Assembly: GCF_006345805.1 (NCBI RefSeq)
Contig: NC_043005.1
Span: 75,888,001 to 75,952,000 of the forward strand
Length of the DNA: 64,000 nt
Direction of reading: 5' to 3'
Source of the DNA: Octopus sinensis
Lineage: Eukaryota
Shown here: in pieces, positions 39,839-51,172 of the stretch
Position numbering within the stretch: the stretch's first letter is position 1
How the letters are laid out: each line of letters starts with the position of its first letter
The notes under the pieces: model-generated
Databases searched by the model: none
What the model saw: the letters and a program-made list of their open reading frames with translations, nothing else
What the model was told of the DNA's origin: nothing
Program-made: the position numbers and the translations under genes

Positions 39839-40203
39839 GTTAGGCCTTCTCATGTTAACTCAAGCTTTCTCATGCCTTGAACATAAGACCAAAGCAGAGA
39901 ATGTATTCTTTTATTCTTCTGCTTTTTCCAGCCATTGGTCTGTGGCCATGCTGGGGCAATGCCTTGAAGAATTGTAGTTTAATGAATCAACTCCAGTTTT
40001 ATTTTTGTAAGCATTGTACTTATTCTATCTGTTTCCTTTGTCAAACCACTAGGTGACAGGGATGTAAACAAACCAACATTCGTTGTCAAGCAGTGGTGGA
40101 GGACAATCACAAGCACAGACACGCACACACACACACATACATGCATACACATATACACACATACATACATACATACATATATATATATATGTGTATATAT
40201 ATA

Positions 40204-40462
40204 TTGCAGCGTGGAAGGTGTTTGTAAGCCATTTAAGAAACACACAAAAACCGTTACATTCACTTCAACATTTAAATTTAATTTGCCAAAATATTTTCGT
40301 CGCTTTGAGACCGCGACCTGTTCACTGACAAAAATATCGTGCTAACAGGTCGCGGTCTCAAAGCGACGAAAATATTTTGACAAATTAAATTTAAATGTTG
40401 AAGTGAATCTAACGGTTTTTGTGTGTTTCTTAAATGGCTTATAAACACCTTCAACGCTGCAA
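40204..40462. repeat. Long foldback: 119-bp inverted arms, 21-nt loop
   Basis: Arms 40204-40322 and 40344-40462, with 4 mismatches on manual alignment; CpG-rich. Confidence 0.95.
40282..40332 (-). ncRNA. Candidate hammerhead variant with G3:C8 swapped core
   Basis: Minus strand TTTGTCA-GTGAACA-G-GTCGC-GGTCTCAAA-GCGAC-GAAA-ATATTT-TGGCAAA: 7-bp helix I, 5-bp helix II, palindromic AATATT helix III. Confidence 0.55.
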
Positions 40463-40606
40463 CTGTTTTCGTTCCAGCACACGATCTCAGATCAAGTCAC
40501 TTGCTATGCAAGTACATCTCTGTAACTATATATATATGTATATTGGTAAAAACAGCAAGATAACAAAAGAAAGAAAGAGACCTCAATATTATGTAAATAG
40601 AGGAAA

Positions 40607-41001
40607 TCTTTATATATAAAAGTGAGGTTGTGTGTCTGTCTCCTACGATTTAGATTCCTAACTACTCCCACATTTTGCGGTGCAGTTTAACCAAAACCGG
40701 GTATCTTATAGTCGTGATTCATATCGAGACCGTCTGGGTATTAGTGCGCGTCTATGATGAGTCTACGATTTAAAAAAAAATTTACCATCAATTTTTCCCA
40801 TTTTTAATCCATTTTTGACATATATAAGGGAAGTAACTCTCTAAAATTTATTATTAAATCTCAGAACGTAAAAAGCTACAGTAACACCCCTCCCCCTTTG
40901 TGGTTAGCCATATTGAGATGGCTATTATACTTTACATCTCTAAAAATGCTTATATAATTATTTCCCTTACAAACCCGAGCAACGCCGGGCGATACTGCTA
41001 G
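40607..41001 (+). mobile_element. Non-autonomous Helitron, 395 bp
   Basis: A|TCTTTATATATA 5' end, 3' hairpin cccgagcaacgccggg (40974-40989), then CTAG|T; AT target, no TSD. Confidence 0.8.
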
Positions 41002-41381
41002 TATATATATACACACACATATATATAAAATATTAAACAGCAGCATGACAAATAAAGAAATAGAAAATTCATACGCAAGACATGGACATGCCCTTTCCTC
41101 ATCAGTTACCGTTCAAAAGAGTCATTACAATTTCATAATATTCTTCAATTTTGATGGCATTAACAGCAAAAGTGAATATTGAGGACAGGGAAGAAGACAA
41201 ACATGACACATAAACATGAATATACAGAGTAAATATACAAATATATGTATGTATGTATGTATGTATGTATATATATATATATATAGTTGAAATTTATAGA
41301 AAAACAAAAGACGAAGACAGGTGTATTAACAGCAAGCAGGTGTATTAGTTTGATGCTCAAGAAAATGAAAAATGAAAAAGT

Positions 41382-41417
41382 CTTTTACGTTTCGAGCCTA
41401 TATTCTTCATCAGAAAG
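41382..41417 (-). ncRNA. Minimal hammerhead motif (family P2), intact core
   Basis: Minus strand CTTT-CTGATGA-A-GAAT-ATAG-GCTC-GAAA-CGTA-AAAG; helix II weakened (GAGC to GAAT). Confidence 0.7.
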
Positions 41418-42404
41418 GAATAACAGAAAATAAACACAGAGAGAATGAAAATCACTTATAGATTTAGCAGTCAAGCATGGCAACTGATTAGAAAAAGGTT
41501 TGAAAGAAGCGGTTGGAAGAAAGGGAGACAATAGAGTGATTGTGATCCCAATGAAGGTGTGTGTGCATGTGTGTGCATGTGAGAATGGTTTGTGTAAATG
41601 TGTGTGTGTGAATAGGGGCTAGTGACTTTGACAAGTCTGGGTGGGTGTGTGTATAAGTGTGTGCATCTGTAATGTGTGGCTGTTCATACAGCGGTATGTG
41701 TGGTGATGCTATTGAAGATCGTGTGTGGGTGCGTGGATGAGGTTGTGTAGGTGTGTGGATGATGGTGTGTGGTGTGGGTGCTAAGAAGTGGTCAGTGCTA
41801 GTGTGTGTAGAGTAGTGTGGGGTGGTAATGTGGGGTAGGGGTGGGGTAAGGTGTGGGGGTTAGGGTGTGGGGTTAGTGTGTAGGGTAGAGGTGTCAATGA
41901 AGAAAGGAGGTGGGTAGGAATAAAACATGTGTGTGTGTGTATGTGTGAGTGTATGTCTCCTTGCAATGGCATCGCGTGGTGGTTGTAAAGGAATGTCAAC
42001 ATCATACAAATGATGTTAATTTCTAACATTCTGTGAAAAAATGTCTGGCAATGGGAGAATTTAACTTTGATTGGAAACAGGGGAGGGCTGGTCACTTGAA
42101 GGGCATCTGGTTATTGAAAACCCTTCTCAATGACTTTTCTCCGACCCATGCAAGTATGGTGAAATAGACATCAGCCTTTTAGTATTTCAACTGACCACAT
42201 CAGGTCTTAATATTCTACCTGTTTTACGTTCAAACTGACCAGATCTGACCTTTCACATCAACACTACAATGTCATTCTCAAAATGAACAGTCACATCATC
42301 AAAATCTCAAAGGTACAAAAATAAAATATGATTAAATTAATTTTTTAAAAATGCGAATAATTAAGCATTACTTTTAACAGAGTCGTCTGAATGCTAAAGG
42401 GTTA

Positions 42405-42476
42405 AAATGACAATGATGATGATGGTGATGATGACAATGCTGCTACTGCTGCTGCTGATGATGACGATGATTTTGG

Positions 42477-42559
<83 letters not shown>

Positions 42560-42560
42560 C
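42405..42560. repeat. (GAT)n microsatellite
   Basis: Long, nearly pure trinucleotide array. Confidence 0.97.
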
Positions 42561-43009
42561 CAACGGTGTTTGTTGGCTATATGTTTATTTTGTATTACTC
42601 TTTGTGTTGTTGGTCGTAATTTACTTCAATTTTAATATTCTGGACTAAAAGCAAACTCTTGTTTTAATTTAACAACATTTCTGATTAATATATTACAAAG
42701 TTGCTGTCACTAATAATTGGTTGTTTACACACATTGATTTAAAACCAACATATGAGAGAAAGTTTTTTTTTTAAAATATGCAAGTTTTGATTTACAAATT
42801 TATTTTTTTTTGCGCTTCTTACAAAGTATAACAAGCTCTGTGCAAAAATTAAGAGAAACCATTTCAGTTTTTCTTAGTGTGTGTGTGTGTGGTGTGTGTG
42901 TGTGTGTGTGTGTAGGGGATGGTGTTGGTAGTGGGGTTGTCTCCTTTATTCCTATTGCAGTGGCATGGGAGGATTGAAAACTGGGAAGTAAGTAGACATG
43001 TCTTTTTTT

Positions 43010-43405
43010 TTTCCATTTGTTTCAATCATTTGATTGTGGCCATGCTGGAGCACGACCTTGAAGAATTTTAGTGGAATGAATCGAGCCCATTTTTACCCCG
43101 CTTTAAAGCCTGGTAATTGTTCTATCGGTCTTTTTTACCACACTGCTAAGTTATGGAGATGTAAACGCACCAACACCAGTTTGTCAAGCACAGTTGTCAA
43201 GGAGACAAACACAGACACAAAGCTACGCACACACACACACAAACATTTACAGCAGGGTTCTTTCAGGTTCTGTCAAACAAATCCACTAACAAGGCTTTGG
43301 TTGGTGGCCCAAGGCTATAGTAAAAGACACTTGTATAAGGTGGAATTGAACCCAAAGCCATGTGATTGAAATGCAAGCTTCTTCCTACACAACCACACCT
43401 GCACC
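43010..43405 (-). mobile_element. SINE family A (diverged)
   Basis: Family A body and head on the minus strand. Confidence 0.7.
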
Positions 43406-43719
43406 CACGATTTAATAAAATGAAAAAAATTTTAGACATGTGAAGTTGAAGAAAGAAGATTTATTTGGATGCAAATACCATTTTGTCTTCCTGTTAATAA
43501 AGATCTGTGGAGAATGCAAAAAACTTTACTACTTTATGCCTGAGGAAGGTCTGGCATGTGTCAGACTGAGAAACACTGCACAACTCTGCCTAAAATATTC
43601 ATTCAGAGATTGTTTCTTTTTTTATATAAATGTTTATATGAGCACAGTTGTATGATTAAGGAGTTCGCTTTGGAACCACATGGTAAGTGGCTTGCTCCCT
43701 CTGTATGGATATTCCTTTC

Positions 43720-43930
43720 TATTCTAGGCACTAGACCCAAAATTTTTTGGGGAGGGGGCCCAGTTGATTAGATCAACCCCAGTACACAACTGGTACTTAA
43801 TTTATCAAACCCGAAAGGATGAAAGATAAAGTCGACCTCAGTGGAATTTGAACTCAGAACCTAAAGACAGACGAAATACCGCTAAGCATTTTGCCTGGTA
43901 TGCTAACGTTTCTGCCAGCTTACCACCTTC
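43720..43930 (-). mobile_element. SINE family B
   Basis: Reverse complement of the family B consensus. Confidence 0.8.
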
Positions 43931-44174
43931 CTCTGTATGGATATTATGGAAGCTAAAGTTCTATACTATAACTGCAGGTTGACCATTATTTTTTGCATGA
44001 AAATGCAAGATGGAAACTGAAGCAGTCTTTTGCATGTGTATGTATGTGTGCATGTTTATGTCTCTTCTATTTTTTAATTATTATAAATCTTCCACTGAAG
44101 AGGGAGCCAGTTTCCAACAGAGATACAAGGCTCCGTTTTTGGGATGTAGTTAACACAGACAAATATGTATGTAC

Positions 44175-44205
<31 letters not shown>

Positions 44206-44639
44206 TGTATGTATGTATGTATGTATGTATGTATGTATGTATGCATGTATGAAAAACAAAACTCCATGAACAACCCAGCCTATCTATAAGTGTATACCTG
44301 TCAATGCCTTGTGTGCCATAAGATCTGCAAATCTAACGGAGGCCTCAAAAGACATTTTAAGATCCACAAAACTCAGAACTTCACTGCAGCTCTTGGTGGT
44401 ACAAAGCTGGTATGCAATTTATGTGGGTGTTTTTCAAAACATTGTCTGGTTTAAAAAGCCACATCAGACACCATGTTAGATATAAGGTGGGAGTACAAGA
44501 AGTGGGCAGACTCTGTATAAGAAGTAGACAACCACCATGTATGTATGTAGTTTTGGTAATGCAAACAGGAAAATAGAACTCAAAATATGAGTATTTAAAT
44601 TTTTTATTTTATTCAGCAGAAGTAAAAAAGTAAGCCATT

Positions 44640-45260
44640 GGTACTTATCAAACTTTTCTAGATGCCAATATGCACAAAACTCTTGTCCCTTGAGACGCTT
44701 AGTACCATTTACCAATTGAACACTTGGATTGTCCTTGTAACCATTCTTTACCCTCTTGATTTGGTCCTTAGTGGTCACAATTATGCGGGCCAAATGAGCC
44801 TTACTTTGAGACGCAGAGTCACACAGCATAAAGAACAGATTCGCTTCCCTCAATACAGGCAGATAGCACTGAGTGGACATATCGACAGATGCACAAGTAA
44901 TAAAATGCCAAATTTTCATATCTTCCTATTATACCTATGCAAAGATTCAATCTCAGTACAAGAACGTCTAAACAAGGAAAACCTGTTCATACAAAAGTAC
45001 AGACCACACCTCAATATGCAAATTTGACCATTTAAAAAATTATACTAAGGAGCCTGTTGTCCCCCTTGCTACCTGTGGCCTCCCTTGGTTCACTCTCTAG
45101 ACTCATTCTTATTTTTCAAACATCCAAAATTATGAGATCCCTTTGTCACGAGAATTGATTACTGTACTATGTCCCTTGAAAAGCTAATTTAAATAGCAAA
45201 AACCGGTTGGATTTCATGACATCCATATAATATGTATATATTTATGAAAAGATATTAAAC
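44640..45260 (+). mobile_element. Penelope-like element 3' fragment (GIY-YIG C-terminus and pLTR)
   Basis: ORF 44662-45027: NYAGQMSLTLRRRVTQHK...ERLNKENLFIQKYRPHLN (GIY-YIG Arg, Glu and Asn motifs), followed about 145 nt later by a hammerhead-like motif. Confidence 0.75.
45171..45212 (+). ncRNA. Hammerhead-like variant (CUUGA-type core) in PLE 3' end
   Basis: GTCC-CTTGAAAA-GCTA-ATTTAAA-TAGC-AAAAA-CCGG-TT-GGAT; helices I and II pair, palindromic ACCGGT, G12 apparently mutated to A. Confidence 0.45.
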
Positions 45261-45327
45261 CATATGAAATGAAGACATTTACCTTCCACTTTTTATATTT
45301 GTTTTCCACATATTTTCAACCTATATA

Positions 45328-45391
<64 letters not shown>

Positions 45392-45587
45392 TATACATAC
45401 AAAAGTAAATAAATGGTACAACGAGGCACCGATATTTACTGGAAAATAGCAATCGTAATAAATACGACGCTATTGTATAGCTTCACTGAGTATATACTAG
45501 CAAAGATGCGTGTGTGCAACAAACATGAAAAAAATTTGTCTTACCTCTAGGAAGAACATCTGAAAAATGGAAAACCTAGAATCGGAT

Positions 45588-45660
45588 AATGCAGTACCGG
45601 TTTCAGACTCTTCAAATACGTTTGACAATGTAGATTTGATTTGTCCTCATCAGCTGCATT
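45588..45660 (-). ncRNA. Type I hammerhead ribozyme with extended helix II, intact core
   Basis: Minus strand AATGCAG-CTGATGA-GGAC-[34-nt insert with tcaaat/atttga stem]-GTCT-GAAA-CCGG-TA-CTGCATT: 7-bp helix I, GUA triplet. Confidence 0.8.
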
Positions 45661-46099
45661 TACCTAGACAAAATTTCAAATGTTGCCACATCTATATCAG
45701 TACACTTGTCTGAACGCCAAAATGTTAACAGAACGATAACAGTGAAGAAGTTTCAATGAAAATAATAATATATATATATATATCTGTCTATCTGTCTGTC
45801 TATCTATCTATCTATCTATCCATCTTCCATTGTCTTCAAAGCCTCATGCCCCCAAAACAAAACAAAAACAATGTTCTCTTATAAACAAAATCCCCCCAAA
45901 ACATCTGTTTTATACAAATAAGCAAAATATATGTATATTCACAGAATTGTATTTGAAAAGTTCGAAAGACGAACGAAAGCGTTAATATGAAAATAAAGAT
46001 ATAATAATAAAAAGAAAGTTCTTTCCAAAATCCTGACGACTTTTTTTCAGTATTCAATTCTGCACATCACACCTAACACTCTACATATATATGTAAAAA

Positions 46100-46960
46100 G
46101 TTCAGAGAGCTTCTACTGTAACAAAGGGCCTCTCTCTCAGAGTGAATGGCAGATTGTACGATACCTGTGTATGAACAGCCATGCTACACAGCAGTGAAAT
46201 ATCGTCTGTGACCTCCAAGGACATGCAAAGGCTTGAAAGAAATGAAGCTAGTATGCTTTGCTGGATGTGCAATGTCAGTGTGCATGCGCAACGGAGTGTA
46301 AGAGTCTTGAGAGAAAAGTTGGGCATAAGAAGCATCAAATGTGGTGTGGAAGAGAGATGAGTGTGTTGGTATGGTCATGTGGTGCATATGGACGAGGACA
46401 GCTGTGTTAAAAAATGCTGATATTTCACAGTGGATGGAACCTGTGGGTGAGGTAGGCCCAGAAAGACATGGGATGAGGTGGTGAAGCATGATCTTTGAAT
46501 GTTGGGCCTCACAGAGGTAATGAGAAGTGACCAAGACCTTTGACAATAATGCAGTGCTTGAGAAGACCCGTCAAACCAAGTGAGATTGTTGTCATAGCTG
46601 ATGCCAGTGTTGTGTAACTGGCACACATGCTGGTGGCACATAAAAAGCACCCTTTGAATTTTGGGCCTCACGGAGGCAGTGACTGAGATCTTTGGAAATA
46701 TACTGTGCTTGAGATTGCTGTTGTGGTCAATGCCGGTGTTTCATAACTGGCACTTGTGCTGGTGGCATGTAAAACGCACCCACTACACTCTTCGAGTAGT
46801 TGGCATTAGGAAGGGCATCCAGCTGCAGAAACCATGAAACCATGCCAAATCAGACTGGAACCTGGTGTAGCTTCACAGCTCACCAGTTTTCAGTCGTGCC
46901 AACTCATGCCAGCATGGAAAACAGACATTAAATGATGATGATGATGACGATGATGATGTA
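46100..46960 (+). mobile_element. 5'-truncated RTE-clade LINE (RT C-terminus, 3' UTR, (GAT)n tail)
   Basis: + strand translation with stops: GLSLRVNGRLYDTCV*TAMLHSSE...RLERNEASML.WMC...LREKLGI...WYGHV...GRPRKTWDEVVKHD; the 3' UTR matches the abundant family D repeat. Confidence 0.85.
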
Positions 46961-47276
46961 TGCATAATATCTTTACGATACATCTCATGGATGCTTCGAG
47001 ATGCATTGTCAGTGATATTTCTTGGGTTTCAGAGTGTCTTGGAGTTTTAATATTTTTTAAAGCCTCATACTTATTCTATTGGTCTCTTTTGCAGAACTAC
47101 TAAGTTATGGTTGTCAAACGATGGTGGGAGGACAAACACAGACACAAATGCACACACACACACATACACACACACATGTATATATATACTCTACAGGTTT
47201 CTTTCAGTTTCTGTCACCAATTCCACTCACAAGGCTTATCTCTCTCTCTCTCTATCTATCTATCTAGGTTGTCCAC

Positions 47277-47309
<33 letters not shown>

Positions 47310-47965
47310 CATTTAGGTGTGTATCTATGTTTGTACGTGTGCAGTTGTGTGTTTGTGTAAGTGACTTCATATTTCTCCTTGTTTTTGCATGTGTTTATTG
47401 TTTGTAAATATATGCATTGTTATTCGTACAGGCCATATTGCTTGCACTTGCAAACCTCTGCAAAATCTCAAACAGGCTTCTTGGACACGTCCTGACATGT
47501 CTTGACATGTCTTAACAAGTTGAGCAACCTTTCTAAAGAAAAGTAACCATTTGAATATACGTGTCATTTATTTCCAGTTCTCCATGTAGCTATATCCAAG
47601 TTGCACATTATTCAATAGATTTGGAGATTATTGATTTGTTTGGAAACAGGTGAGGGTGAGCGGCAGGAAGAGTGCCCCACCAGCAATGTCGTCTCATCTG
47701 ACCTAAGTAAGCTTGGAGAAGTAGATGTTTAAATGATGATGATGATGATGATGATGATGATTGTTTAACGTCCGCTTTCCATGCTAACATGGATTGGACG
47801 ATTTTGACTGAGGGCTGGTGAACCAGATGGCTGCACCAGGCTCCAATCTTGATCTGGCAGAGTTTCTACAGCTGGATGCCCTTCCTAACACCAACCACTC
47901 CGAGAGTGTAGTGGGTGCTTTTTACATGCCACTGGCATGGTTTTATGTACATTATTTACATTTGA

Positions 47966-48037
47966 TGGATATATGGCATAGTGGTTAAGAGCGCGGGCTA
48001 CTAACCCCTAGATTCCGAGTTCAATTCCAGGCAGTGA

Positions 48038-48125
<88 letters not shown>

Positions 48126-48265
48126 TTAATATCGAAAAATACCTTAGGAATGAGAACCCAGGTTCAAAATTTCCCCAAGACACCTGATGAAGTCTGGAGG
48201 GTATGTCAGTCGAAACGTTGTGTTAGCAACAAACAAGATGATGTTAACATTTATTCACACATTTT
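47966..48265 (+). mobile_element. tRNA-headed SINE-like element carrying a hammerhead
   Basis: Box A TGGCATAGTGG (47974-47984), box B GTTCAATTCC (48019-48028), (AAT)n, unique body, hammerhead at 48180-48223, first TTTT at 48262-48265. Confidence 0.7.
48180..48223 (+). ncRNA. Minimal type I hammerhead ribozyme, intact core
   Basis: ACAC-CTGATGA-A-GTCTG-GAGGGTATGT-CAGTC-GAAA-CGTT-GTGT; one T:T mismatch in helix II, GUU triplet. Confidence 0.75.
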
Positions 48266-49419
48266 CTACAAAACACATTTTGCACTGCATTATCTTATTC
48301 AAATTCTTACATGTTATGTCCATTATTGCACTAAATTTTCATAGATCCAACTTTCACATTGCATATATTTTATCAAATTACCCTATCCACCTGCTGTTAA
48401 TCTTTAATGTTATGCTATTTAAAATATTATCAACCTAAACAAAACTTCTTATCTATTTAGTAAAGCAGTTAGTATAATTTTGAACTATTTTATTCAATTT
48501 ATTTTAAGTCTCATGATTCTTTTAAGCAAACTAATAAGCAAAATCATAAAACTACTACTTAAAGATATCCTATATGTTTTCCATTCTTTTAAAACCATTT
48601 GCCTGAATATGTATGTATATATATATGTATGTAAGTATGTATGTATGTATGTATGTATGTATGTATGTATGTATGTATGTATGTATGTATGTATGTATGA
48701 ATGTATGTATGTATGTATGTATATATATCATTATTCAGTTTATTTCATCTTGCCAATAGGAAAGAACCGATTTCAAACTTAGATCCAAGGTTCCTTCACT
48801 GGAATTTCAACATCAGCAACACAGTATTTTTGTATGTATATAAGTATGTATGTATGTATGTATGTATGTATGTATGTATGTATGTATGTATGTATGTATG
48901 TATGTATATTCCCTTTTGTTTTTAATTATTTAAATTCTTCCTTTCAAGAAGCTCCATCTTTGAAATGTAGATAACCCAAACAATGTCACATTTTAAACCT
49001 GAGAAAATTCTTGCATACTTCTACTGTTCTGCTTACAAATTGTATTTGTAATGTGTGAATCAGTTGGTTGAATTCTTTTTCTGAAAATCCAAACTTATCT
49101 AGACAGACAGGCATTTACTTGTATGTATGCATGTATGTATGTATGTATGTATGTATGTATGTAGGCATGCATGCATGCATGTAGTTATGTATGTATGTAT
49201 GTATGTATGTATGTATGTATGTATGTATGTACGTAGGTATGTAAGTATGTATGTATGTGTGTATGTATGTATGTCTGTATGTCTGTATGTATGTATGTGT
49301 GTGTGTATACATATATGTGTGTGTGTGCGTCTGTGCGTCTGTGTGTATGTGTGTATGTGTATGCGTGTACTAGTATAATTTCAGTGATTTCAACAGTGGG
49401 AAGTGCATTTTTTCTATAG

Positions 49420-49483
49420 TGTTACCTTTGTAAGTTGGATGGATGAAGCTAACCACATACCTTCTTCAGTAGGAAACCATTTT
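49420..49483 (+). CDS. Candidate host-gene exon (VTFVSWMDEANHIPSSVGNHF)
   Basis: cattttttctatag acceptor, TTT|gtaaga donor, 64 nt, phase 2 to 0; bridges exon 28620-28699 to the terminal exon. Confidence 0.5.
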
Positions 49484-50129
49484 GTAAGATAACTTTGCAA
49501 AATATTACGAGTTTTTTCTTACATAAAACTTCATTGTTGGTCTCATCTTTCTTATTCCATCCACAATTAACATGTTATATATTTCATATCACATAAAATA
49601 AAATTAATAATATCCATTTATATTGATATAAATTCCATTATGTAGACGTATTGTGAATGTTATATATGTAATGAAAACTTATTTTATATTAAAATTAATG
49701 GGTATAAATTTGTGTTCTAATTAATATTTTATTAAATATTTATTGAAATAAAAATTGTGCAGACATCATTTCAAAACAAAAACAGACTTTTCAGCTTAAT
49801 ATTTCAGCTTTTTTTACAAATTACTAAAATTAAATTCATTTGAAATATAAAAAAAATTATATATATATATTGAATTAAGCAAATTAATTGAAAAATTCTT
49901 TTTATACCATGCCAAAATATCTAAACATTAAGTCAGTGTGATTAAGTGGTTTATTTCCCAACCACATGGTTTTGAGTTCAGTTCCATTGTGTGACTTCTT
50001 GGATAAGTATCTTTTGCTTTAGTCCTAGGTGGACCAAAACTTTACAAATGAATTTGAGTGACAGAAACTGTAAAAGTGTGTCATGTACATACATACTTAC
50101 ATACATATTTAAATACATACATACATACA

Positions 50130-50165
<36 letters not shown>

Positions 50166-50236
50166 TATTTAATTTTTTTTCGTAATGCGATAAAAAATCA
50201 AGGCTGTGTAAATTTTAGAACATTTATAGATAGAAG

Positions 50237-50285
50237 GTCTTACAGCTGTTTCCAAGGATATTTATTATATCCCTTCATTGGAGAT
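50237..50285 (-). ncRNA. Hammerhead motif (family P1), mutated core
   Basis: Minus strand ATCT-CCAATGA-A-GGGATAT-AATAA-ATATCCT-TG-GAAA-CAGCTGTA-AGAC; paralogue of 12715-12766. Confidence 0.6.
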
Positions 50286-50657
50286 GGTGTGAGAAGATGG
50301 TTAAGAAATAGTTAATTTAGATAAGATATAAAATAGAGAGTGAGGTAGAGGAAATAAAAGAAAATAGATGTGAGATATGTAGGGATATTGCATTTGTAGA
50401 TCTATTTTTTTAGGCAGAATGGTATACATATAGTATTCCAGTACCTTATCAGTAAAATCCAATAGTAATTAAAATTGGTCATTCCAAGTATAGAGTATAT
50501 ACACGGTGTTATTGAATCAAGGGTTTTATTTCAAGTGACCTAAAAATAGGGAGTGTACTAGTAAGGTCAAATCGAAAACAGGAAGAGAAGAATGAAGAAA
50601 GAGAAAAAAAGACAAAAAGAGACAATAAGGAGAAAGTAAGAAGAAAAATAAGAAGAA

Positions 50658-50689
<32 letters not shown>

Positions 50690-50691
<2 letters not shown>

Positions 50692-50930
50692 GGCTCAGTG
50701 GTTAGAACATCAAGATCACAATCATGAAGTATTGAGTTTGATTCCCAGACCGGGCTGTGTGTTGTGTTCTTGAGCAAGACACTTTATTTCATGTTGCTCC
50801 AGTTAACTCAGCTGTAGAAATGAGTTGCAACTTCACTGGTGCCAAGCTGTATCAGCCTTTGCCTTTCCTTGGACAACATCAGTGGCGTAGAGAGGGGAGG
50901 CTAGTATGCATGGGCTTCCATAAACATGTA
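50690..50930 (+). mobile_element. tRNA-derived SINE family C
   Basis: TGGCTCAGTGG box A, gagtttgattcc box B-like motif, family C body. Confidence 0.75.
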
Positions 50931-51069
50931 TGTATGTGGTTTTGGAACTCAGCTGTTCTTTCTAGTGTGATGAATCCCACAAGTGGATTCCTTATGTGTT
51001 TAAATGTATACTGTATTTTATGATTAATACTAAATTTTGGACTAAATTTTTACTCGCTAGGCCATACAC

Positions 51070-51172
51070 ATACAGGGGTTGGACAAAATAATGGAAACAC
51101 CTTAAAATTTCAAGCAAATTTATTTTAATATGGGGTAGGTCTGCCTTTGGCAGTAATTACAGCTTGAATTCT
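51070..51172 (-). mobile_element. Tc1-like transposon 3' terminal fragment
   Basis: tacaggggttggacaaaataatggaaacac terminus and the last codons of the transposase; homologous to 52552. Confidence 0.7.

Noticed and set aside
43536-43585. CTGAGGA-A-GGTCTG/CAGACT-GA-GAAAC motif
   Set aside because: Core and helix II are present, but there is no convincing helix III, NUH or helix I partner; at best a decayed hammerhead.
44094-44145. CTGAAGA followed by a GGAGCC/GGCTCC stem
   Set aside because: GTTTTT instead of GAAA follows the stem; related repeats near 48760-48970 also lack it.
47966-48040. Genuine tRNA gene
   Set aside because: Box A and B are present, but there is no complete cloverleaf or acceptor stem and it runs into (AAT)n; treated as a SINE head.
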